DNA of 64,000 bases from Promethearchaeota archaeon (GTDB lineage: Archaea; Asgardarchaeota; Lokiarchaeia; Sigyniarchaeales; SOKP01), in assembly GCA_048939995.1 (NCBI GenBank), contig JBHLOY010000002.1, forward strand, positions 464,485 through 528,484, written 5' to 3'. Of this stretch, positions 30,307-38,794 are shown one piece after another (the first letter of the stretch is position 1; every line of letters starts with the position of its first letter). Position numbers and translations under genes: made by a program. The notes under the pieces were generated by a model. That model saw nothing but the letters and a program-made list of their open reading frames with translations, made no database searches and was not told the DNA's origin.

Positions 30307-31080
30307 ATGAAAGTCGTATTTCATGAAAGATATTATAATTCTAGTTATGCAATGGATCCAGCTGCATCACCAGGAAGGCTTGAAGGCATCATAAGTTTAA
30401 TGAAAAATAACCCTGAATATGTATTTATAAAACCAGAGCCTGCAACAGAAGAAGATATTCTTAGAGCTCATACTGAAAGACATCTAAGGTATATTAAACG
30501 AGAACCATTATTATTCGAATTATCATCATTAGCTGCAGGAGGAGCTATTTTAGCTGCCGAAGAAGGATATAAAGGGAACCCAACTTTTGCTGTTATACGC
30601 CCCCCAGGGCATCATGCATCAGCTGATTCTTGTTGGGGGTTTTGTTATTTCAATAACATTAGTATAAGCCTTTTAAGACTATATTCAGAAGGAAAAATAA
30701 AATCTGCGTTCGTACTTGATTTTGATCTTCATACGGGTGATGGAAATATTAATATTTTGAAAAACAGAGATGATGATTTCCGAGTTAAAATACTCAATCC
30801 ATATTCTAATAGCCCTACAAGTTATATTAAAGAGGTTGAGAAATATATGCAACAACTGAGAGATATAGATATCTTTGTAGCGAGTGCAGGTTTTGACCAA
30901 GGAATTGAAGATTGGGGGCATCTTTTATATCCAGAAGATTACGTTGAATTAGGTAGATTGATGAAGGAATATTCAAAAAAGCTATGCAAAGGAAAAAGAT
31001 TTGCTCTTCTGGAAGGAGGCTATAACCATGATGTTTTACCAAAAAATGTGGATTCTTTTTGCCAAGGTTTTAAAGAATAA
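30307..31080 (+). CDS. Histone deacetylase family (Zn-dependent) protein, compact form
   Basis: RPPGHHA, GFCYFNN, LDFDLHTGDG, SAGFD, LEGGY. Confidence 0.92.
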   Translation: MKVVFHERYYNSSYAMDPAASPGRLEGIISLMKNNPEYVFIKPEPATEEDILRAHTERHLRYIKREPLLFELSSLAAGGAILAAEEGYKGNPTFAVIRPPGHHASADSCWGFCYFNNISISLLRLYSEGKIKSAFVLDFDLHTGDGNINILKNRDDDFRVKILNPYSNSPTSYIKEVEKYMQQLRDIDIFVASAGFDQGIEDWGHLLYPEDYVELGRLMKEYSKKLCKGKRFALLEGGYNHDVLPKNVDSFCQGFKE

Positions 31081-31084
31081 AAAT

Positions 31085-32407
31085 TTAATTTATTTGATAA
31101 AAATTATCTTCAAATTCTGGTTTCCCTTTATATTTATTTAAGAATATCAATGGAGCTTTTTCGATGTTTTTGAAAATATAAGATGGGGCTCTTATTCCTG
31201 CTTTCTTTAGAGCTTCTTTTATATCATCAACTTCCGGAGGGCATCCTTTAATCGGAATGCATTCTTTGATGTCTGGGTGGTCTTTATTCTTATTATACTG
31301 GCATTGTCCAAGTAAAATTGTCTTATTCATTCCAGGTGTGGGTTCTACTATTTTTCCTGTTAAAATTTCAATATTATCGAAGTCTTCGCCTTTCCATGCT
31401 TCTTTAATCGCAATTAAAATAACTCCATTATAAAAGCTACAAAAAGTGCACATCGTTTCGTCATATTTGGGGTAACTTATTCCTCCTATTCCTGCTCTTG
31501 CATAGGAAAGTGGCAAAGTATCATTTTTTTCATAAATAAATTCCCACTCATGATGTTTTGCTAACTCTTCTATAGATTCACCTTTTATTTCAATGTTAGA
31601 TAGATCCACTGATCGGTTTCTATCTTTAGCTGCTTGTACTAAATGGGGAACATCTTGGGGATTAATACCTAATAATTTTGCTCCAACCATATCAGCAGAA
31701 AGGATATCAGTTGAGGCCAATAAGATATCACTTCGATGAGCTTTGCCATCAAAAGTTGGTCCTCTTTCAAGGGTATAAATTCCATCAATAATAGTAAGAC
31801 TTGGAGGAATCTTATTAGCCAATTGAGCTACGTTATAATGCAAGTTAAACTTAGGATCCGCACCGTGAAATTTCTTACGTGATGCTATATTAATAAGACC
31901 TTTTAAATTCTTTATTCCTAAGCTTACAACACACTGAGCATGAGTTTTTAGAACAGGAATGTCAATTAAGAAATCTGAATGAAGCATATCAGAATTCATC
32001 TTAACAGAAACGCCTTCTCGTAATTCAATTCTCTCAAATGGACGCTCAAAAGTATCATATAGTTTGACTCCATATCTCTCCTTAAGAAGATTATATCCCA
32101 ACTTTTCAAAAGCATCTTTTGGTGTTTCTCTATCATCAGGATCGTCTGTGATTATACCATCCCCAATTGCAATATCCTTTACACCTCGTTGGTTTAATAA
32201 TTTTACAACATCTTCCACTACTCTTGAAGTAGTCAGCATCCCCCATTTCGGAAAATCACAATGTCTATTCCAATATACTAAATTAGGCTTGATAAATATC
32301 TTTCCATCGATCGGTAAGTTTTTGAACCCATCCACAAGTTCTATAACCTTACGTACTGAATCTAAAGGTTTTTCATATTTTACAATTGAAACAGTTGTTC
32401 TACTCAA
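31085..32407 (-). CDS. DUF362 domain Fe-S protein
   Basis: IKPNLV, IPVLKTH...SLGIKNLKG, TIIDGI..LE.GP; C-terminal CTFC...GQC...KGCPP. Confidence 0.85.
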   Translation of the reverse strand: MSRTTVSIVKYEKPLDSVRKVIELVDGFKNLPIDGKIFIKPNLVYWNRHCDFPKWGMLTTSRVVEDVVKLLNQRGVKDIAIGDGIITDDPDDRETPKDAFEKLGYNLLKERYGVKLYDTFERPFERIELREGVSVKMNSDMLHSDFLIDIPVLKTHAQCVVSLGIKNLKGLINIASRKKFHGADPKFNLHYNVAQLANKIPPSLTIIDGIYTLERGPTFDGKAHRSDILLASTDILSADMVGAKLLGINPQDVPHLVQAAKDRNRSVDLSNIEIKGESIEELAKHHEWEFIYEKNDTLPLSYARAGIGGISYPKYDETMCTFCSFYNGVILIAIKEAWKGEDFDNIEILTGKIVEPTPGMNKTILLGQCQYNKNKDHPDIKECIPIKGCPPEVDDIKEALKKAGIRAPSYIFKNIEKAPLIFLNKYKGKPEFEDNFYQIN

Positions 32408-32500
32408 AATGAATACCTCAAATTACTAATTATTTATACATAGTGATTTGAATATTAAACACATTAAAAATTAAATTGTTCTAAATAAAATTTAATTTAT

Positions 32501-33031
32501 CTAAATTGAATCTTTCCATTCTTCTTTCAACATACTCATAAGGATATCATCATGAAATTTACCATTCTTAAAAGTTGCTTGCCGTTTTCTTCCTTCTTCG
32601 ATAAATCCAACTTTCTTATAGCATTTAATAGCACGTGTATTAAAATCATATACTTTTAGATCTATCCGGTTAAGATTCAATGTATTAAAGCCATAATCTA
32701 CTAACAATCGTAATGCTTCAGGTCCATAACCTTTTCCTTGGTTTTCTTTATCACCAATAAATATACCACAAGTGCCAACTCTGTTTATCCAGTGTATATC
32801 ATCGATGCCACAATTACCTATCAACTTTTCTCCATCTTTTAATAGAATGGAGAAAATTATTGCGTTATCTCGCTTTTTGAGATTATTAAACCATTCTTCC
32901 TCCATATCTCGTGTAAGAGGGCGATATCCTATTAAATATTGAGTGAGTTCAGGATCGTTTAACCATTCAAGAAAGTTTTCAATATATTCTCTCCTAAGAG
33001 GGGCTAATTTTATTCTTTCACCTTCAAGCAT
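32501..33031 (-). CDS. GNAT acetyltransferase, RimJ/RimL family
   Basis: GIFIGDKENQGKGYG, NTRAIKCYKKVGF.EEG. Confidence 0.92.
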   Translation of the reverse strand: MLEGERIKLAPLRREYIENFLEWLNDPELTQYLIGYRPLTRDMEEEWFNNLKKRDNAIIFSILLKDGEKLIGNCGIDDIHWINRVGTCGIFIGDKENQGKGYGPEALRLLVDYGFNTLNLNRIDLKVYDFNTRAIKCYKKVGFIEEGRKRQATFKNGKFHDDILMSMLKEEWKDSI

Positions 33032-33076
33032 AGATAATAGTATCTAATAAAAAAAATAAATCTTCTTCATTATTGG

Positions 33077-35950
33077 TTAAAAAAAGATACCTTTCTTTCT
33101 GAAAAGCAATTTGAAAAGTTCAAGTCCTCCAATACAAATCAATGAGATTAAAAAGCATACTAACCAATCGAGACCGGTTAAATACATAAACATAAAATTT
33201 ATACCCCAAGATTGTAGAGTTACTTGAAACCCAGGAATATACATTAAAGCAATAAAAACTCCGAATAATAAGCCAATTAAAAGATACATAAACTTGGTAC
33301 TATCTTCTTTAAGGCTTCTAATTAAGGATTTATTTGGTCGTCTGATCTGGTACACTAGAAAAGATTCACAAAAAAATAGGGTTACCATAAGCATTGTAAG
33401 AGTTTTTGCTTGAGAAGGGGAAACACCTGGGGGAAATGATCCACCTGAAAAGAGGTAAGCACCGTTGAAAGCACCAAATTCATAGTTTTCTATAAAAACG
33501 GGATAACAACCTGTAATAACTGTAAAATAGGTTATAATCATACAGCTGGCTAATAAGATACCAAATATAAGCAGTAGAATAAACGTGTTTTTTGAAAGAA
33601 TTTGCTCCTCATCGCGTGGTTTTTGTTTCATAACATCTTTAGGAGTACGATCGAATGTTAATATTAAACCAGGGAATATATGTAAAGTTATTGAGAGAAA
33701 TATCCATTGATAATAGAAAGCATCAGATAGAAAATAGGGTTGCCTCAAAATTACCGTCAGAATGAATTGTACAATCCCTTCAAATACATTAATCACAATA
33801 TAAAAAAATACAACTGCACGAATTCGAGAAAAAATTCCTCTACCTTGTTCAATTCCCGTAACAATAGAATTAAATGAATCATCACTGATAACCATATCAC
33901 TTGCTTCTTTAGCTACATCCGTTCCTTGTATTCCCATAGCTATCCCTGCATCAGCCATATTGAGAGCTAAAGCATCATTCACTCCATCTCCCGTCATAGC
34001 AACTACCTTATTTGCATTTTGATATCTTTCCACAATATCCTCTTTATCTTCAGGAGAAACCCTAGCAAAAGCTTTAATTTTGCTGAAATCGTAGAATGAC
34101 TTGATACTATTGACATTTTTCCCCTCTATGACTATTTCATCTTCATGCTTTATTATAGATATTTGTTTTGCTATAGCTTCTGCTGTAGCGGGAGAATCTC
34201 CTGTTATCATTACTACATCAACCCCAGCTTCATAACATTGAAGGACACTTGCTTTAACACCTTCTCTAGGAGGATCTAAAATAGTTACAAAACCGATATA
34301 AATCATTTCTGATTCGCATAATTCTCTACTTTTGTCTCCTTCTGGAGGAATTTCATCTAATTTCTTATAACAGATACTTAATATCCGATAGCCTTGCTGT
34401 GCATATAGATCTGCTATTTTATTTATTTTTTCTTTTATAATATCTGTAAAATCTACCTCAGTGTCTTTATATAGTACTTTTTTACATTGAGGCATGAGAA
34501 TTTCACTAGCACCTTTCGTGAAAGAATAATATTTTCCATCTCTCTTGTATATCTTTGTCATTCTTTTTAATTTAGAATCAAATGGGTATTCCTTGATATA
34601 CTCAAAATCGTCAAGCATATAATCACCCATTCCTTTCTGGAAGAGGACCATCAAAGCACCTTCAGTCGGTGAGCCAATTACATTCCAGTTGGGTATAATC
34701 TTCCCAGAGATTTCAATTTCATTTTTCACTAACGCAGAATTATTATTTAAAAATCCAGCAATTAATAACAGTTTAAGTTGAGGATAATTATCAATGTGTT
34801 TTACGTAAACAGGATTTTTTGGATCGTCTAATAAAATAATATCTCCATCGGGCGTATATCCACTTCCAGTAACTTTGAAAGTAGAGCCATTTGTCCATAC
34901 ATTTTGGATTGACATTTGGTTTTTCGTTAATGTACCAGTTTTATCAGAACAGACAACACTTACACGCCCTAGACTGTCAACAGAGGCAAGATTTCTGATA
35001 ATAACACCCTGGCGAGCCATAACTAGAACTCCAGTTATCAAGATGATTGTTACAAGTAAGGGAATATTAATTGGTAAAAGATCCATGGCAGAATTCAAGC
35101 TAACTACAATTTCCAAATCGCCCCAAATCCCTAAATTAATAAGCACAATTATTAACCAAAATCCAATCACAATTAGACCTAACCATTTTCCGAAGTTATT
35201 CATTTTCTGTCTAATTGGAATCTCACTTGTTCCTGCTTCCTCCAATCCTTTTGATATTTTGCCAATCTCTGTATCTCTTCCTGTTTTAACTGCAATCGCA
35301 ATACCGTTACCAGTTGTGATATATGTCCCGTAAAATATCATATTGACTCGTTCTCCAATTGAAAGTTCTTTACTTTCTAACGCTTTTCCTTCTTGAAGCT
35401 TCTTTACAGGCTCACTCTCTCCACTAAGTGAGGCTTCATTGACTTCAAGATTGGACGATCTTATTATTCTTCCATCTGCTGGGATTCGATCTCCTTGCGT
35501 TAATACAAGTAAATCTCCTAAAACTACTTCCTTTGTTGCAATATCAATTTTTTCTCCATTTCTTATTACTGTCGTAGTCGGAGCTGTCATTTCTCTTAGG
35601 GCATTCAATTTTTTAGTTGCTCGATATTGTTGGATAATGGCAACCAAACAATTTAGAGCAACAATTCCCAAGGTTAATCCTATAAAAGTTAGATTACCTT
35701 CTCCACCCAAAACTGCTGCTAAAAATAATATTAAAGCCCCAATTAAATAAATAACAATTAACCAATTGAATAAGGGTGCTAAATATATTTTAATGAAACC
35801 TTTCGAAGCTTTAGGAATTTCATTTAATCCATATAGTTCTAATCGTTTTTGAGCTTCTTCTTTAGATAATCCATTAGTTGGATGAGTTTGAAATTTTGAG
35901 TAAATTTGATTTAATTCCATCGAATAAAATGGTTCTATTGATACAGTCAT
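33077..35950 (-). CDS. P-type ATPase, P2-like scaffold with atypical transport site (paralog A)
   Basis: SGES, DKTGTLT, KGASE, DPPR, MITGD, GDGVND; M4 reads MDLLPINIP, M6 LSITLHIFP. Confidence 0.93.
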   Translation of the reverse strand: MTVSIEPFYSMELNQIYSKFQTHPTNGLSKEEAQKRLELYGLNEIPKASKGFIKIYLAPLFNWLIVIYLIGALILFLAAVLGGEGNLTFIGLTLGIVALNCLVAIIQQYRATKKLNALREMTAPTTTVIRNGEKIDIATKEVVLGDLLVLTQGDRIPADGRIIRSSNLEVNEASLSGESEPVKKLQEGKALESKELSIGERVNMIFYGTYITTGNGIAIAVKTGRDTEIGKISKGLEEAGTSEIPIRQKMNNFGKWLGLIVIGFWLIIVLINLGIWGDLEIVVSLNSAMDLLPINIPLLVTIILITGVLVMARQGVIIRNLASVDSLGRVSVVCSDKTGTLTKNQMSIQNVWTNGSTFKVTGSGYTPDGDIILLDDPKNPVYVKHIDNYPQLKLLLIAGFLNNNSALVKNEIEISGKIIPNWNVIGSPTEGALMVLFQKGMGDYMLDDFEYIKEYPFDSKLKRMTKIYKRDGKYYSFTKGASEILMPQCKKVLYKDTEVDFTDIIKEKINKIADLYAQQGYRILSICYKKLDEIPPEGDKSRELCESEMIYIGFVTILDPPREGVKASVLQCYEAGVDVVMITGDSPATAEAIAKQISIIKHEDEIVIEGKNVNSIKSFYDFSKIKAFARVSPEDKEDIVERYQNANKVVAMTGDGVNDALALNMADAGIAMGIQGTDVAKEASDMVISDDSFNSIVTGIEQGRGIFSRIRAVVFFYIVINVFEGIVQFILTVILRQPYFLSDAFYYQWIFLSITLHIFPGLILTFDRTPKDVMKQKPRDEEQILSKNTFILLLIFGILLASCMIITYFTVITGCYPVFIENYEFGAFNGAYLFSGGSFPPGVSPSQAKTLTMLMVTLFFCESFLVYQIRRPNKSLIRSLKEDSTKFMYLLIGLLFGVFIALMYIPGFQVTLQSWGINFMFMYLTGLDWLVCFLISLICIGGLELFKLLFRKKGIFF

Positions 35951-36123
35951 AAGAATAGTCTCTCCCGCGACTTTTAAAAATTTTACAATATATGATGATA
36001 AGATTAAATCATTTTAATAGATAGACTATAATAACAATTATTTTTATTTTATTTCTTTTTGAAACTAATTAGTAGTTTAAGAAATTAATTAAAAGAAAAA
36101 ATGAGATTAGATTTTAATTAGTC

Positions 36124-37848
36124 TTATAAAACTCCCGCATCTTTTAGAATCTGCTTATGATCAAAAGCCAAATCTATGCTTTTTACTTTTTCTATTGGTA
36201 TCGCTTCAGCTATAACTGCATCATCTCCTCCTGCCATTTCTGACAGATCTTTGACTAAGCGACATTTGAACGCCGTTGATACAATCCTACCGCGTGGATC
36301 ACGCCCCTTTTTATCATATGTACCAATCTTTTTAATAATTTCAACCACAAGATTAGTTTCCTCCCTAACTTCTCTTATTACAGCTTTTTCAGCATCTTCA
36401 TTATATTGAATAAAACCACCTGGAAGTGCATATTTTCCCCTTTCGGGATAATACTTTCTTTTAATAAGTATAAGATTTTGACTATCATCTAAAATGACAG
36501 CATCAGCAGTATATCCTTTTTCTTCTACTTTAGACTGCAATCGATATAAGAAAATGTAGGTAAAAGTTACTATAAACATTAATCCAATAACAGTTGAAGC
36601 AATGAGGTATGCTATATTTCCGTATTGTAATGGATTTGTTCCTTGTATTAAAACATCAAAGAAGTCTTTTAAAATTCCCGCACTCAATATGATATTAACG
36701 AGATATAAAATTCTCCTTGTAGTTCTTTGATTCTTTTCATTTCTTTGAGTATAATATTCTTGCAATGAGTCATAGAGTAGTTCAAATTTCTTGGCGACTC
36801 TTTTCATTATTTTTTCGATTCGAAATATATCTAAAAGATGAGTTAAAATCCGTGTATAATGTTCTCGAGGGTTCCAGTCTAATTTACTATATAGCATGGT
36901 CATTTTCGTTTGGATCATTCCCCTTAAAAATCTTAAGTTATCTATTTTACTTTCAATAGTTTCCAAACTCATAAAAACGTATGAATATCGTTTCATAAAT
37001 AGTATATCCAATGAATTTTCTATTGTCATTAATGCAAATAAAACAGATCTCACTTTTGGAGTAGGATCTAGTATATGTTCTTCAATATATTTGAACTCTT
37101 TTTGATAATTGTCTTGTACCATATATATGAAACCTGAATTTCTCTGAATATAATGTAATTCAGAAAGCCGATTAGAAAAATTCTTCTCTGTCCTTCTATC
37201 AAATAGTTCCTCAGAATAATCAGGCCACTGCCCAGAATAGATTCGTGTCCAATATCCAATGCTTTTTTTATATTGTTCTCGATTATTACTATCCCATTGA
37301 ACAGTATGGGGCATTGTTTTATTAGAGATAACGAAAACATAAATAGGACTTTCTAAATCAAGGATTAAAAACTCATTTTCCCTTCTTTTATTAAATTCTT
37401 TAAGAATATCTACAGCGATAAAGGGAACTTGTTGGATCAAATCAGGAGTTATTTTTTCTTTCTTATATTCCTCATTCTTATAATATTCAACTTCTAATTT
37501 GAAATATCCGAGAGTGTTATATTCTAATTTTTTTTGTTCATCAACTTCCGAATATGGCTTATTTTCGTCAGTGTAAGGAAAACTTTGGAAATATGGTTCC
37601 CAATCGCATTCTATTGATATTGAACTTGCCATATCTCTTAATGTTTCTTTCTTTATTTCAGCCTGCGGATATTTATCTAAATATAAAAAAGCTTTACTAA
37701 AGTCTTCCTCACTTAAATTACGTAATCTTCTTATTAATAATTCTTCTATTTGTTCTGCCTTTATTTCCCCAACGAATTCAACCGTATTAATAAAAGCACT
37801 GATATACCAGTATTCTTTTCCGTAGATAAAACGTAGGTTTTCTTCCAT
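36124..37848 (-). CDS. Fusion protein: CorA/DUF155-like soluble region + 2 TM + C-terminal NUDIX hydrolase
   Basis: Nudix box GGFIQYNEDAEKAVIREVREETNL, RDPRGR, LAFDH; two TM helices at aa ~380-435 preceded by long amphipathic helices (family of the N-terminal part is inferred). Confidence 0.8.
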   Translation of the reverse strand: MEENLRFIYGKEYWYISAFINTVEFVGEIKAEQIEELLIRRLRNLSEEDFSKAFLYLDKYPQAEIKKETLRDMASSISIECDWEPYFQSFPYTDENKPYSEVDEQKKLEYNTLGYFKLEVEYYKNEEYKKEKITPDLIQQVPFIAVDILKEFNKRRENEFLILDLESPIYVFVISNKTMPHTVQWDSNNREQYKKSIGYWTRIYSGQWPDYSEELFDRRTEKNFSNRLSELHYIQRNSGFIYMVQDNYQKEFKYIEEHILDPTPKVRSVLFALMTIENSLDILFMKRYSYVFMSLETIESKIDNLRFLRGMIQTKMTMLYSKLDWNPREHYTRILTHLLDIFRIEKIMKRVAKKFELLYDSLQEYYTQRNEKNQRTTRRILYLVNIILSAGILKDFFDVLIQGTNPLQYGNIAYLIASTVIGLMFIVTFTYIFLYRLQSKVEEKGYTADAVILDDSQNLILIKRKYYPERGKYALPGGFIQYNEDAEKAVIREVREETNLVVEIIKKIGTYDKKGRDPRGRIVSTAFKCRLVKDLSEMAGGDDAVIAEAIPIEKVKSIDLAFDHKQILKDAGVL

Positions 37849-37949
37849 TTGTAATTTGCCCTCTTAGTTATTTTTATTTAGAGTGATTAAATAATTATTA
37901 AATTGTTATTCTATTTATTACTTTTTTTTCAAAATAAATATTATTACTT

Positions 37950-38765
37950 TTAAATTTCTTTATTAGATTTTAATTTAACTCTAATTTTTTGAAAAACTTT
38001 ATTCCAATCAATATATACCAGCAAGAATAGAAGAATAATTGATGCCGCCCAAACTAATGAACTTTGGAAAATCTCTAAAGGTGTGCTGGGAGGAATAATT
38101 CCCAATCGCGCAGCGTCAATATCTATGCCAAATAAACCAAACAGAAAAATTCCTAATGAAGTATCAGCAAGCCAAATTGGGAGTGCGCTACATAAAAAGC
38201 ATAGGGTGAATTTTCCAGCGAAACAATATATCAATGTCTTAACGAGGCTATATTGAGCAAGTCCTAAAACGATTAGAAATGCATCGTCTGGAAGAGGTGT
38301 AGCTGCAAAAATGAAAATCAGGATTGGAGCCCAACCTTTATCTACATATCTTTTCATCCTTTCCATACTTTTAGAATCTCCGATAATTTCTTTTGAACTG
38401 CGTCCAATTAACCATGCACTTACTTCTCCAATACTAGCTCCTAATCCAGCTACAATTCCAATTAATATGGGATTTACACCAGGTATTACGGCAGATATCA
38501 CGATTAAAGCAACAACATAAGGAACGGGAAAAATTATTGTAAAATTACCGAAAATACTAATTAAAAATATCCCTAGATATATTCCAAAATCCCCAAATTC
38601 ATTATAGAACCATATAACTGCGTTAGCAAGCCATTGACCAAAATTGATGTTTAATAATGCAAATATAATAAATAAAATTAAAATCGCACCAATAAATATT
38701 ATTCCTCCATACTTTTTCAGAAAACTAAATCCTTTAGAATTTTTTACTCTATTTCCACTATTCAT
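37950..38765 (-). CDS. DedA/VTT domain (SNARE-associated Golgi family) membrane protein
   Basis: GN.TIIFPVPY, GLGASIGEVSAWLIGR, FIFAATPLPDD, FAGK; AGGAG Shine-Dalgarno, 29 bp downstream of the P-type ATPase stop. Confidence 0.87.
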   Translation of the reverse strand: MNSGNRVKNSKGFSFLKKYGGIIFIGAILILFIIFALLNINFGQWLANAVIWFYNEFGDFGIYLGIFLISIFGNFTIIFPVPYVVALIVISAVIPGVNPILIGIVAGLGASIGEVSAWLIGRSSKEIIGDSKSMERMKRYVDKGWAPILIFIFAATPLPDDAFLIVLGLAQYSLVKTLIYCFAGKFTLCFLCSALPIWLADTSLGIFLFGLFGIDIDAARLGIIPPSTPLEIFQSSLVWAASIILLFLLVYIDWNKVFQKIRVKLKSNKEI

Positions 38766-38794
38766 CTGTGATCTCCTAAATAAATATATTATAA

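Noticed and set aside
631-37848. TIR + macrodomain + NUDIX as one NAD+/ADP-ribose defence system (Thoeris-like)
   Set aside because: The genes are 11-35 kb apart among housekeeping genes with no operon linkage, and the macrodomain is a standard YmdB type
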